From: Bacteroidota bacterium
GTDB lineage: Bacteria > Bacteroidota > Bacteroidia > UKL13-3
Direction of reading: 5' to 3'
Length of the DNA stretch: 56,395 nucleotides
NCBI GenBank assembly: GCA_027487625.1
Contig: JAIYDG010000641.1
Span: forward strand, 1-56,395
In this document: positions 8,442 through 18,985 of the stretch, piece by piece
Numbering within the stretch: position 1 is the first letter of the stretch
Layout: each line of letters starts with the position of its first letter
The notes under the pieces: model-generated
The model's input: only the letters and a program-made list of their open reading frames with translations
Told to the model about the DNA's origin: nothing
Databases searched by the model: none
Translations under genes and position numbers: made by a program

Positions 8442-8914
8442 TAAAGTGTAATTTCAAGAATTTCAAACTTTAATAAACCTGCTGGAACTTGAACCTCAAC
8501 TACATCTCCAATTTTTTTGCCCATAAGTCCAATTCCAATTGGAGATTTAAAAGAAATTTTACCCATTTTTAAATCAGCTTCCTTTTCGTTAACTAAGGTG
8601 TAAATCAATTCTTTTTTTGTTGTTTGATTTAATACTCTCACATTACTTAGCATCATTACTTTACTTGTATCAAGTTTTGATTCATCAATAATGCGAGACA
8701 TGGTAATCAAGTCGTTTAATACTGCAATTTTTGCTTCCAATAAACCTTGATCTTCTTTAGCAGCATGATATTCTGCATTTTCACTTAAATCGCCTTTATC
8801 TCTAGCATCAGCAATTTGCTTTGTAATGAATGGTCTTTGCACATACTTCATATCATGAAGTTCTTTGTTTAATTTCTCCAGACCCTCTTTTGTTACATAA
8901 TTAAATTCAGCCAT
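8441..8914 (-). CDS. greA: Transcription elongation factor GreA
   Basis: GDLSENAEYHAAKE, ISFKSPIG. Confidence 0.97.
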   Translation of the reverse strand: MAEFNYVTKEGLEKLNKELHDMKYVQRPFITKQIADARDKGDLSENAEYHAAKEDQGLLEAKIAVLNDLITMSRIIDESKLDTSKVMMLSNVRVLNQTTKKELIYTLVNEKEADLKMGKISFKSPIGIGLMGKKIGDVVEVQVPAGLLKFEILEITL

Positions 8915-8949
8915 AACTAAAAAATATTTCTATGTTGGTTATAAATAAC

Positions 8950-8986
8950 AAAAGAAACGTTCCGACAAGTCGGAACGTTTCTTTTT
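8950..8986. terminator. Bidirectional intrinsic terminator after the PorV-family gene
   Basis: AAAAGAAACGTTCCGAC-AA-GTCGGAACGTTTCTTTT perfect inverted repeat. Confidence 0.85.
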
Positions 8987-9013
8987 GGTTATACAATTAT
9001 AATAAAATTCGGA

Positions 9014-10126
9014 CTATTTTCCAGCAATATTCAAACGAATACCAACTGTATGCATACCATTAAAAATTCTGGTAGGAGCATATGAGTAATCCAATGCAAA
9101 TGCAGTTCCACCTTTAGTTACAGGAACCTGTAAAGTGCAACCTGCCCAAATTCCATAATCAGGGGCATAATTTGTAGGATTGTTCATATCGTTAGTAAAT
9201 GAATTACCATTTTGAACATTGTATGCAGCTCTTAACATGAACATTTCTTTGAAAGAATATTCAGCACCAAAGCCTAAAATATTCGATTGAAATGCATTGT
9301 ATTGGAAATTACCGCTAGCAGTTAATCTATGAAAATAAGTACTTTCATTTTGGTCTAAACGCATATCATATGATAAGCCAATATTAACCAAAGCAGGTAA
9401 GTTAAATTTATCAGCATCAAACAAAGCTCTTCTATCGGCACCAGTAGAAGTATTCATTGCACGGAATGATAAACCAGAACCAGAATAAGATAAATCGGGA
9501 CCGATATTTCTAGCAGAGATACCTAATCTAAAATCTTCTTTTTTAATCTTTTTCTTCTTAGCATTAAAAGAAGTTTGGTATTGTACACCAAAATCAAAAC
9601 CCACTCCAGAAGCTCTAACATCGGCAGTTCCTTCAGAAATAATTCTTAGTAACACACCACCAGTAATACTATTTGAAAATGTTTTTGAGTACGATGCATT
9701 TAAATTTACAACAGATGGTGTAAAAGAAGGTAATGTACCATCAGGATTGTCAAAAGTAGTGATAGGAACATCCCCAAAATTCCAAGAGGTAATGCCTAAA
9801 CCCAAAACACCACCAGCACCTTCTTCACCAAGAGATTGAGCTAATCCAAGATTACTGATATTAACTCCGGCACCAGCCAAGTAAGTCATTCTTGAAAAAG
9901 CAACTTCTGTACCTTTGGTATAAGCAAGACCACCAACGTTTAAGTAAAAAGATTCAACTCCTCTTACATTAGCTGTATTACTATTACCCAATCCGCTTGA
10001 GCGTGCAAATGGATTCACAACCAATTGTGTTGCACCAGCACCTCCGGCCCTATCAGGGTTTCCAGCAAAAGCTGAAATTCCAAATGATAGTAAACCTATT
10101 ATTCCTAAAGTAATTTTCTTATTCAT
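9014..10126 (-). CDS. PorV/PorQ-family outer-membrane beta-barrel (T9SS shuttle-like)
   Basis: Signal peptide, GAGATQLVVNPFARSSGLG, YLNVGGLA, alternating beta strands, C-terminal ALDYSY...HTVGIRL. Confidence 0.85.
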   Translation of the reverse strand: MNKKITLGIIGLLSFGISAFAGNPDRAGGAGATQLVVNPFARSSGLGNSNTANVRGVESFYLNVGGLAYTKGTEVAFSRMTYLAGAGVNISNLGLAQSLGEEGAGGVLGLGITSWNFGDVPITTFDNPDGTLPSFTPSVVNLNASYSKTFSNSITGGVLLRIISEGTADVRASGVGFDFGVQYQTSFNAKKKKIKKEDFRLGISARNIGPDLSYSGSGLSFRAMNTSTGADRRALFDADKFNLPALVNIGLSYDMRLDQNESTYFHRLTASGNFQYNAFQSNILGFGAEYSFKEMFMLRAAYNVQNGNSFTNDMNNPTNYAPDYGIWAGCTLQVPVTKGGTAFALDYSYAPTRIFNGMHTVGIRLNIAGK

Positions 10127-10154
10127 TTCAATTTCTTTTTAAGGTTAGATAATT

Positions 10155-10182
10155 CCCGTTTTGTTCTTTTGAACAAAACGGG
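10155..10182. other. Intergenic stem-loop without a U-tract (mRNA stabiliser or partial terminator)
   Basis: CCCGTTTTGTTC-TTTT-GAACAAAACGGG, a 12-bp perfect stem between the cargo gene and the PorV-family gene. Confidence 0.6.
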
Positions 10183-10193
10183 CTATTATATTT

Positions 10194-13100
10194 TTAGAAG
10201 GTATCGAAATCCACTTTACGCATGATACCAAACCATTTGATTACTCTTTCACCAATTCCATCAGCATAAACATGCATCAAATAAACACCACTTGAAATTG
10301 GAACATTAGCATCATTCTTCAAATCCCAATCAATGTATGTTCTTGAGTCATCATCTTTTCTAATTCTACGAACTAAGAAACCACCTTGAGTATAGATTGA
10401 AACAACACATTTTTTAGGAAGATTAGCCAATCTTACTCTAGTATCTAATTGGTTGTTTGGATCTTCGTAACCTGCATAAGCATAGTATGGATTAGGAGAG
10501 ATTGTTACTAAATCCAAAGCTGTTTTTCCAGCTTCAGCTGTTCCAACTGATGGAGCGATGTTTTCAGTAGAGAATCTGTACAATGGCAATCCATTATTCT
10601 CTAACACACTTGAAGTAGAAGTATAAGTAGCATAAGGACGTTTAACTCTTAATTTAATTGTAGTTGTATTAGGAATTAAACCATCTTTAATACTTAACAA
10701 TTTAGATTGAGGAGTTAAAATTGGAATTGTAACCCACATTGCTTGAGAGAAAATATAACGTTTGTTTAAAGAAGCACCAGTTCCAGCTTCAATTAAATTA
10801 AACAAACTATCATAACTTCTAGCTTCATCATAACGTGGACCACGGTAACGAACCGGAGTACTTGGAGAGGTTCTAAATCCTTTAGTTCCCATGATATATA
10901 TATGGTGTTTTCCACCCATTGTATATTCAAAACCACCTACATCATTTCTAATTAAGTTTCCTGTTGGATTCCAAATCATATCACTACCATTTTCACCAGG
11001 TAATGAAGAATCTTCAGCAAACATGATATTCAATCTTTCACCTGTTTCAACATTTACTGCATAACCAGGGAACCAACCTAAACCTGTTCCTGCAACTGGT
11101 TTGCCATCCTGATCAACCGATGAAGACTTACGACGATTCAATTTAATAGCACCACCAATTGTTGTAGTAGAATTTTCACCAGATTCTAAAACCACACAAC
11201 GAGTCCATTTAGTTTTATCACTGGTTAGTACCAAATCAACACCTTGCAAATCAGCTAACGAATTATCATCAGAAGCACCACCAATACCTAAACCTGTACC
11301 ATCAGAACCTACAGCCCAAGCCGGACCAAAAGAAGAACCTACAGGAGGTGTAGCAGTTGGATTAGCTAATGCTCTTGCAGCTAAAGCATATGGAGCCCAT
11401 GTACCACCAAGTATTTTACCATAAGCTTTTCTTGGATCTAAAGAACGTTTTGGACTTCCAACAGCAAAATCGTGCTCATAAAAATTCTCAAAATTAGGAG
11501 AACCAGCATTTCCAGAACGTATCCAGTTGAATGGAGCAAATGGAGCAACTTCATCAGGTACACCAGTTAACCAAGCATTATTGCTGTTTGCAAACGATAA
11601 AGAAGCTGAGATATAACCATTACTAATATCGGTTTCATCATCAGGATTTCCTGGAGCAACAGCTTGTTCAATTGTAACACTTAGACCCCATTTACTGAAC
11701 ATTTGTTCATTTGGCGAACCAATTGCTCTTTCTGCTAAAATTACTTCACCTGTAGTTAAGTTCTTTAATGTCCAGTATGTAGAGTCTTTGCTTAGAGATA
11801 CAGATTTGTCAGCGGCAAATGATGAATCAGCTAATTTCAATTCAAATTTTGCATTAGGGATATTAAAAGGATTAATAACTTTTACTAAAACAGGACCTAA
11901 AGCTTTTTTGTATTTAGGAACTTCAACATAGTAAGGAGCTACTAAAGCTTTTTGAATTGTTTCTTCTGTTAATTGAATTTCATGTCCAGCATTACCAATA
12001 CCTTCAACTTTTTCAATTTCAGGACCATCTCCATAGAAAGAATTTAGAATAGTACCTTGTCCATGAGGAGCTGCTTTATGAGGAACAGCCATGTATGTAT
12101 TATTACCGGCACCATCATAACGTTTACGTCCAGATAAATATTGAGTTTGTTCACTTGAGCAATTAGTTGCGCTTGAGTAAGCAACTAGGTAATAGTAGTA
12201 GTTCTGGAAATTAGCTAAAGTTTGATCAGAAGCTGTAGAGAATAAATCTTTAGTTACTTCAAAACTATGTTGAACACCTTTATCAGCTCCATTCACCATA
12301 ATCTTTTTAACATTACCTAAATCAGCATCGTTAACAATATTTACAATCAAATTTACTCCATCAACAACATCGCATTGAGCAACTAAACGAGCTTCATCAT
12401 TGTTGTAAATATCTCCTGGAGGTGAACTAGTTTTAGTTTGGAAGATTTGATATCCTTGGAACTTATAGATTGTTTTATTAGCACATAAACCTGAACTTGA
12501 ATCCAAATAAGACTCAGTTTTTTGGTAGTTAGTGATATTGATAATCAACTTACGGTCTAATTCAGTAATTTCTAAAGAAGGAATTGAAGGACCATCAATA
12601 AATTTGAAATTATTTTTATAAAGTACAAATGCTTTATCAGAAGCTTCTTTTAACAAGTTGAATGAACCAGTAGCACCACCAGTAGTAGCACGAGCCCAAA
12701 CTACAGCAATAGTTACTTCATTTTTTGCACCAGGTAACATACTAAATGAACCTGCAGTTTGCATGAAACGTCTGTCACCAGGTTGGTTACCCGCAATTCT
12801 TTCAGTCCATGATTCTCTGTTAGCTGGATCTGAATTACCAGGGAACATGAATGAAGCAGTATCACTACCTCCTCTACCATTTCCACCATAAGTAATATTC
12901 AAACCATCTTTCCAACGACCATTTAAATAGTTCCAATAATGTTCAGGACGAGAAGGATTTCCAGTAACTGAAAAGTCATTGTTATAGTAAACAAATTTTG
13001 TCAAACCAATTTCAGTTCCATCTGGACGTCTTGGACCTTCGAAAAAGTTTACACCCACACTTGGAGGATTTAAACCATATCCTAAGATACCTTCATCATT

Positions 13101-14063
13101 ATCGTCACCATTGTAACAAATACCTAAGTTTCTTTTTACATCACACTCTACATAGTCGTCAGAGTAGTTACCTAAATCGGCATCAACCCACTGACCAAAA
13201 ATACATGAGTCAATAGTTTCAGTTCCTCTGTTGAAAATAGTAGTTCTGTAAAAAGTCATGTTATTCACTTCATCATTAGTTGAATAACCAAAACATTGTG
13301 TATGTAATTCTAAGCCGATAGGTAAACCTTCAGTTTCAGAGTGAATATTACCTTTATCGTTGTAAATCATATACAACATCATATCAGGAATATTGTCTGA
13401 TTTATTAAAATCAAAAGAAGGATAATCACCAGCAACTGGATCATAAATATTATTTCCGTCAACATCGTAGAATGGAGCTAAAGTAGCTGCTTCACCAGTT
13501 TTTCCATTTCCAGGCCAGCCTGAAATAATAGAACTAGGAGTTGACCAGTTTTCAGGATTATTTCTGAACTCATCAATTTCCTGAAGAGTAATTTTCCAAA
13601 TCTCATCATAAGCCTTACAAGTTTCTTTTGTAACAGTTCCTCTTGCAGAACCATCAACCTGTAAAGGACCTGGATAGTAATCGTTACCACTTTGGCGATA
13701 AGTTTGAGCGGCAATTCTCAAGTTTCCTTGAGTAATACCACCAATCCACAATGCACCTGAGAACAATGAGTGTTTTGAAACTTGTCCCGGGTTAACTTTA
13801 GGAACTTCATATCTGGCATTACTTAAGTTCCACCACATATCACCACCATTAAGAATTGTGGTTCTAACATTGTTAACGTCCAGATCTTTTTGCTGAGTGG
13901 CAGCTTCGCAACCACCTGCTTTTTTAAGCAAATTAGCTTTTGAATTCTTTTTGCCTAAACCAATATTTTCCATTGCAAATCCAGAGCTGCTTATGGCTAT
14001 GAAAGCAAGGACACAAACTGATTTTGCGAAAAACTTTGTTGTTAATGTATTCATAATTGTCAT
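10194..14063 (-). CDS. Large secreted protein with T9SS C-terminal sorting domain, function unknown (1289 aa)
   Basis: Signal peptide; C-terminal ISPNPYY...SIYTQGG.LVR.I...WDLKNDANVPISSGVYLMHV; possible Ca-binding loop DVDGNNIYD. Confidence 0.85.
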   Translation of the reverse strand: MTIMNTLTTKFFAKSVCVLAFIAISSSGFAMENIGLGKKNSKANLLKKAGGCEAATQQKDLDVNNVRTTILNGGDMWWNLSNARYEVPKVNPGQVSKHSLFSGALWIGGITQGNLRIAAQTYRQSGNDYYPGPLQVDGSARGTVTKETCKAYDEIWKITLQEIDEFRNNPENWSTPSSIISGWPGNGKTGEAATLAPFYDVDGNNIYDPVAGDYPSFDFNKSDNIPDMMLYMIYNDKGNIHSETEGLPIGLELHTQCFGYSTNDEVNNMTFYRTTIFNRGTETIDSCIFGQWVDADLGNYSDDYVECDVKRNLGICYNGDDNDEGILGYGLNPPSVGVNFFEGPRRPDGTEIGLTKFVYYNNDFSVTGNPSRPEHYWNYLNGRWKDGLNITYGGNGRGGSDTASFMFPGNSDPANRESWTERIAGNQPGDRRFMQTAGSFSMLPGAKNEVTIAVVWARATTGGATGSFNLLKEASDKAFVLYKNNFKFIDGPSIPSLEITELDRKLIINITNYQKTESYLDSSSGLCANKTIYKFQGYQIFQTKTSSPPGDIYNNDEARLVAQCDVVDGVNLIVNIVNDADLGNVKKIMVNGADKGVQHSFEVTKDLFSTASDQTLANFQNYYYYLVAYSSATNCSSEQTQYLSGRKRYDGAGNNTYMAVPHKAAPHGQGTILNSFYGDGPEIEKVEGIGNAGHEIQLTEETIQKALVAPYYVEVPKYKKALGPVLVKVINPFNIPNAKFELKLADSSFAADKSVSLSKDSTYWTLKNLTTGEVILAERAIGSPNEQMFSKWGLSVTIEQAVAPGNPDDETDISNGYISASLSFANSNNAWLTGVPDEVAPFAPFNWIRSGNAGSPNFENFYEHDFAVGSPKRSLDPRKAYGKILGGTWAPYALAARALANPTATPPVGSSFGPAWAVGSDGTGLGIGGASDDNSLADLQGVDLVLTSDKTKWTRCVVLESGENSTTTIGGAIKLNRRKSSSVDQDGKPVAGTGLGWFPGYAVNVETGERLNIMFAEDSSLPGENGSDMIWNPTGNLIRNDVGGFEYTMGGKHHIYIMGTKGFRTSPSTPVRYRGPRYDEARSYDSLFNLIEAGTGASLNKRYIFSQAMWVTIPILTPQSKLLSIKDGLIPNTTTIKLRVKRPYATYTSTSSVLENNGLPLYRFSTENIAPSVGTAEAGKTALDLVTISPNPYYAYAGYEDPNNQLDTRVRLANLPKKCVVSIYTQGGFLVRRIRKDDDSRTYIDWDLKNDANVPISSGVYLMHVYADGIGERVIKWFGIMRKVDFDTF

Positions 14064-14075
14064 GATACTTATTAA

Positions 14076-17000
14076 TTAAAAATATAGGGCAAGACCTAAA
14101 CGAGTTAAACGCGGTAATCCAAAACGATCCGGATTTAACATCCTTGCATTATATAAGTCAACATAAGACTGCTGATCGGTTGCAGTTCTAATTTGTTCTT
14201 GAGCTTGAGGTGAAGCCAAAAATCCATCATTGTATGCGCTACCAGTATATCTGAACACTGAAGTTACGTTAGCACTGTTCAATAAATTTTGAATCCAGAT
14301 GAAAGCACGTAAGCGATATACAGTTGTTGAACCATCAACTTTCTTTTGTTTGAATTCGAAGTTTTTATCGATGTTAATATCAATATTATACTGAGCTGGT
14401 AAGTTAGCACCATTGATAGTTCCTTTGATTGGACTTCTTACAACAACACCTGATTGAACTCCATCCGGTGTAGGTAACATATTTTGAGTGTAAGGTCTTC
14501 CTGAGTAAGTTGTGAATACGAAGTTGATACCTGCATTTTCAAGAATCTTTTTACCATTAACTATTGGACCATTGTACTCTTTACCAGTTTTGTAATGGAA
14601 ATCAAAAGTCATTTTTAATGTATGACGTGTATCAAAATCCATTGGGTAAATAGTTCTTAAGGTTGGTAAACCTACTTGAATCAATGCATTACTTGAAGTA
14701 GCATTAGAACCTGTGCCATCTGCAAACTGAATTTGGTAGTTAGCACCTAATGAAATATTTCCTAATTCACGAATATTATACTCTAAACCAATTGATTTAA
14801 CTGTTGAGAAGTCTAAGTTACCAAAAGTTGTATAATCATTTGGCCAAGCTTGAACATAACGGAACAATTGAACCATGTTTCTATATTCACGGTAAGAGGC
14901 GATAATTCCTAAAGCTGCATCCTGACCAATTTGTTGACGGAAACCAATTTCGTAATCGGTAACTTGAGTCATTTTCAAATCAGGATTAGCAATTGCTCCA
15001 CCACTTAAACGATTTTGTAAGTAGTAGTAATCATCAATCTGTCCAACATTTGCCGAAGGTCTTTGAGTTAAGATATCATAAGTACCAAAGAACTGGCTTG
15101 TAGTTGAAATCGGGAATGAGAACCATACACGAGGTAATAATTTTACATCTGGAACATAATCTGTAAAAGATGCTAAAGTTGGTTTATTAGGATTTGATGG
15201 ATCGATTAATAAAGGAGTATTTCTAGCAGTTTTTGCATTTCTTCCAATTTGAGCAGGGTCTGAGATAGGATTTCCATTCTCATCATACCAATTGTTTCCT
15301 TTTCTAAAACCTGCAACTCTTAAATCACCACTTTGACCACCTTCACCAAATTTTTCATTGTTTACATAAATTGCATAATCGTCGCCAATAGTTGTAGGAA
15401 TAGCTGATTTTAAATTCTTAAATCTTGGATCTTCACTACCTTTAACTTCACCTACTGAATAAATTGGAGCCATGCTATATGGATCTTTTAATACAGGTTG
15501 GTTAGCATCAAAACGCTCCATTCTTAATCCAACACGAACAATTAAATCTTTGAATACAAATTTATCTTGAACCCATGCAGCTAAGTATGTTGGTTGATAA
15601 GCTGGTAATAATCTGCTGGTAGGATTGTTTAAGAAATCTTCAATAGATGGTTTCTTTCTAACTATTTTCCCTAAATGATCATAACCTGAATAACTTACGA
15701 TTGAATTACCATTGTTTAATAACTCATCAGCATTAAACATATCTAATGAATAAGTGCCAGGAGTATAAGAATTAACATCTAAGAAACTGTATTGGTTAAT
15801 AGGATTACCATTAGCATCTAATGCTCCTGATGCTATCAATTTGTTTCTTAAGTTTTTATCAAAATTAGTTTGGTCAGCATCAACAATTTTCCTATTGAAC
15901 CAAACTGTATCCTGGAATACACCATTTTGGTCAAACTTCATGGTAGGAATAGTATCTAAGCCTGTAAACTGACGATTTGCATATAAGCGCATCAATGACC
16001 ATAATCCATTTGTACCAAGACCATAAGATCTTCTGAATTGTTGCTCACCAGTGATACCTAATTGAATTTCGTGTTTTGCTTTAGGATTACTTTTTGGAGC
16101 AATTGTGAATTCACTCATGATATATACTGTAATAATTTCAGCTAAACTCTTGCTGTAACCATTACCATTTGTACCAACATTACCCCACATATTAGAATAA
16201 ATTCCGTTAGGATTATCTCCATTAATTAAACCACCAAATTGACGAACAGTTCCTAAGTTATTAATATTACCTGCACCTAAATAATCATATAGTGCTTGAG
16301 TATAATTTCCTCTTACTCTATTTATATCAGCTTGTTCAAAAGTGAATGAAGTATCAGTATTACCAACCTGTCTAACATAGTTGGTTAAATAAATGTATTT
16401 ACCATTATCCATTAAGAAACTATCTGCAGGCTGACCAAAATTCTTAACAACTCTAGAAAAAGTTGGAGCTTGGTAAGTAGTGAATTTTCCTAAGTAACCA
16501 TAATTAAAATAGTCTTTTTGGAATTCAGGATCCATTGATTCATTTTGAGCTCTCTCATAAGAAAGACGAACTGAATAAAATGCATTACTAATTCCACCAA
16601 CTTTTGCAGGGTCCTGTTTATCTTTTGATTTATCATCATTATCACTAGAAAAGCTTTGGGTGAACTGAAGATAAGTTCTGAATATATTAGACCTAGACAT
16701 TGAGTTATTCGCATTGTTCATTAAGGAATTAAAATGATTCCAGTTATTACCCTGTGCAAAATTTCCAAAATAACCCAAACGAAGATTGATGTTTTTAGTA
16801 GGCTGAAAATTGAAGTTACCATTGATATCAACTCTATAACTAGCAGCATTTTGTTTGAAACCAACTTTTTCTAAATCATTTGCTCTTAAGTATTCAGCAG
16901 CATTAAATAAAGTACCTGAAGCACTAGGAACTAATGGCGTTTTTTCCAACTGAGCCAATTTATCAGCTTTAACTTGGTATAAATCAACTGCTGGTAAAGA

Positions 17001-17873
17001 ACCATCTCTTGCATAGGTAAAAGCACCTGAAAGTAAGAATCCAACTAATACTCTTTCCTCATTACCTCTACCTTTATTAATAGTTTTAATCGGACCCGAA
17101 ATTAAAGCCTGAGTTTGATTAAAATGAGAGTTGTCTAAATAACCCGCGAAAGGTGAAGCTGTAATTACTTCTATACCTCTATTAAAGTATTTAGTAGGGG
17201 CTTTTGTTGTGATACTAATAGCACCACCCACAAAGTCACCATATTGAGCAGGAGTACCACCGGTAATTACTTGAATTTGGTCGATTGCATTTTGAGGAAT
17301 ATTTCCGGCACCCGCATTTACACGAACACCATCAATATAATAAGCAGTACCTTCAGCACGTGCACCACGAATATTCGGAGTACCACCACCTCTTGATTCA
17401 ACACCCATAACGGTATTGGCAATACTATTCACGTTTCTCACAGGTGAGGCCATGATTTCTTTGGCAGTTAATTTACCACCTTTAACACCACCACGGTCAA
17501 CAAGATCTTTCTTTTGCTTAATTACAACTTCGATCAGTTCATTACCACCGCCACTCATTGAAAAATCTACGAATTTATCTTCCTCAGCAGCAATATAAAT
17601 ACCTTCGATTTTGGTATTGGGATAACCAATAAAAGTTGCAAATAAATCGTACTCTCCTGGTTGTAGAGCCTTAATAATAAAAGCGCCATCATCATCAGAG
17701 AGTGCAGTAGCCTTTGCTACACCATTGAGCTTCAACGTAATACTTACGTAATCAAGTGGTTTTTTGGTCTTGCCATCGATAACTTTTCCCCTTAAGGTTC
17801 CCAGTCCAGATTGGGCAAAAACACCCAAATGGAGGAAGAAGGCAAAAATAAGAAGTGAGTATATTTTCTTCAT
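14076..17873 (-). CDS. TonB-dependent receptor-like barrel with N-terminal carboxypeptidase-regulatory-like domain (1265 aa)
   Basis: GTLRGKVIDGKTKKPLDYVSI, plug NIRGAR...YYIDGV...IQVITGGTPAQYGD...GGAISITTK, NPDLK, C-terminal PRLTRLGLALYF. Confidence 0.9.
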   Translation of the reverse strand: MKKIYSLLIFAFFLHLGVFAQSGLGTLRGKVIDGKTKKPLDYVSITLKLNGVAKATALSDDDGAFIIKALQPGEYDLFATFIGYPNTKIEGIYIAAEEDKFVDFSMSGGGNELIEVVIKQKKDLVDRGGVKGGKLTAKEIMASPVRNVNSIANTVMGVESRGGGTPNIRGARAEGTAYYIDGVRVNAGAGNIPQNAIDQIQVITGGTPAQYGDFVGGAISITTKAPTKYFNRGIEVITASPFAGYLDNSHFNQTQALISGPIKTINKGRGNEERVLVGFLLSGAFTYARDGSLPAVDLYQVKADKLAQLEKTPLVPSASGTLFNAAEYLRANDLEKVGFKQNAASYRVDINGNFNFQPTKNINLRLGYFGNFAQGNNWNHFNSLMNNANNSMSRSNIFRTYLQFTQSFSSDNDDKSKDKQDPAKVGGISNAFYSVRLSYERAQNESMDPEFQKDYFNYGYLGKFTTYQAPTFSRVVKNFGQPADSFLMDNGKYIYLTNYVRQVGNTDTSFTFEQADINRVRGNYTQALYDYLGAGNINNLGTVRQFGGLINGDNPNGIYSNMWGNVGTNGNGYSKSLAEIITVYIMSEFTIAPKSNPKAKHEIQLGITGEQQFRRSYGLGTNGLWSLMRLYANRQFTGLDTIPTMKFDQNGVFQDTVWFNRKIVDADQTNFDKNLRNKLIASGALDANGNPINQYSFLDVNSYTPGTYSLDMFNADELLNNGNSIVSYSGYDHLGKIVRKKPSIEDFLNNPTSRLLPAYQPTYLAAWVQDKFVFKDLIVRVGLRMERFDANQPVLKDPYSMAPIYSVGEVKGSEDPRFKNLKSAIPTTIGDDYAIYVNNEKFGEGGQSGDLRVAGFRKGNNWYDENGNPISDPAQIGRNAKTARNTPLLIDPSNPNKPTLASFTDYVPDVKLLPRVWFSFPISTTSQFFGTYDILTQRPSANVGQIDDYYYLQNRLSGGAIANPDLKMTQVTDYEIGFRQQIGQDAALGIIASYREYRNMVQLFRYVQAWPNDYTTFGNLDFSTVKSIGLEYNIRELGNISLGANYQIQFADGTGSNATSSNALIQVGLPTLRTIYPMDFDTRHTLKMTFDFHYKTGKEYNGPIVNGKKILENAGINFVFTTYSGRPYTQNMLPTPDGVQSGVVVRSPIKGTINGANLPAQYNIDINIDKNFEFKQKKVDGSTTVYRLRAFIWIQNLLNSANVTSVFRYTGSAYNDGFLASPQAQEQIRTATDQQSYVDLYNARMLNPDRFGLPRLTRLGLALYF

Positions 17874-17978
17874 TTACTTAGGATTTACAATTTCAAAACA
17901 AATTTTAAGAGCGGTAAAATAAATCAGTTAAAAGCAATTTAACAACTTTAAGGTAACAGTAATCAACAAACCTAAAAA

Positions 17979-18962
17979 TTATTGTCCATGAATATCAAGT
18001 AGTTTCAATAATAAAACTGTTGAAATTTTCTTGTAACTCTCTACTGTCCAGCCCCCAATATGCGGAGACAAGGAAACTTTTGAAGAATTAGAAAGAAATT
18101 CAAAATCTTTTTCCTGAGCTGCATTAAATGTGTCAAATTTTTCATTTTCGAGCACATCCAAAGCACATTTCCAAACAATCCCGGTTTTTATTGCTTGAAT
18201 AAGTTCAGTTGTATTGACAATTTTTCCTCGACTAAGGTTCAAGAAAAAGATTGGTTTTTTTTTTTTTTTTTTAAATTGCAAATTTACCATTCCTTTAGTT
18301 TCTGATGTTAAAGGAATATGCAAACTTAAAATATCTGCATTTTCGAAAATCTCATTCATTGAAGCTTCAAAAATTTGCTCATTAGAAAAACCATTCAGGT
18401 ATTTATCATAAGCTAAAACTTTCACCCCAAATGCTACCAATCTTTTTGCTACGGCTTTACCGGTATTTCCGTAACCTATAATTGCAGCAGTTTTACCAGC
18501 AAGTTCAACTCCCCTATTTTCTTCTCTTAACCAAATTTTATTTCTAACTTCAGTTTGAGCTTGGTATAAGTTGTTTAATCCTCCTAGTAACATTGCCAAA
18601 GTGTGGTCGCCAACAGCATCAGAATTTGCTTCACCTGCATTGATACAAAGAATACCCAATTTTTGAGCTTCTTCTTCATCAATATTATCTAAACCTGCAC
18701 CCGCTCTTGCAATTATTTGCAGGTTTTGAGCCGACTGAAGCATTTCCTTATCTACCATTGTTTTGGTTCTGATAACCAAAATTTCAAAACCTTCTTTTAG
18801 CTTTTCAATGATTTGATTTCTACTTGATTCAGGAATATAAAGAACACTAAAACCTTTCTCGGTCAGACCATCGATTAATACCGGATGTACATCATCAACA
18901 ATTAAAACTTTCGGCAATTTGATTGTCTTATTAAAGTCAGATTTCAGTTCATTAGTAACCAT
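17979..18962 (-). CDS. D-isomer-specific 2-hydroxyacid dehydrogenase (phosphoglycerate dehydrogenase-like)
   Basis: RAGAGLDNID, IIGYGNTG, SLHIPLT, NLSRG, LDVLENE, SPHIGG. Confidence 0.92.
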   Translation of the reverse strand: MVTNELKSDFNKTIKLPKVLIVDDVHPVLIDGLTEKGFSVLYIPESSRNQIIEKLKEGFEILVIRTKTMVDKEMLQSAQNLQIIARAGAGLDNIDEEEAQKLGILCINAGEANSDAVGDHTLAMLLGGLNNLYQAQTEVRNKIWLREENRGVELAGKTAAIIGYGNTGKAVAKRLVAFGVKVLAYDKYLNGFSNEQIFEASMNEIFENADILSLHIPLTSETKGMVNLQFKKKKKKPIFFLNLSRGKIVNTTELIQAIKTGIVWKCALDVLENEKFDTFNAAQEKDFEFLSNSSKVSLSPHIGGWTVESYKKISTVLLLKLLDIHGQ

Positions 18963-18985
18963 TAATCAAAAAAGGGTTGCATGCA

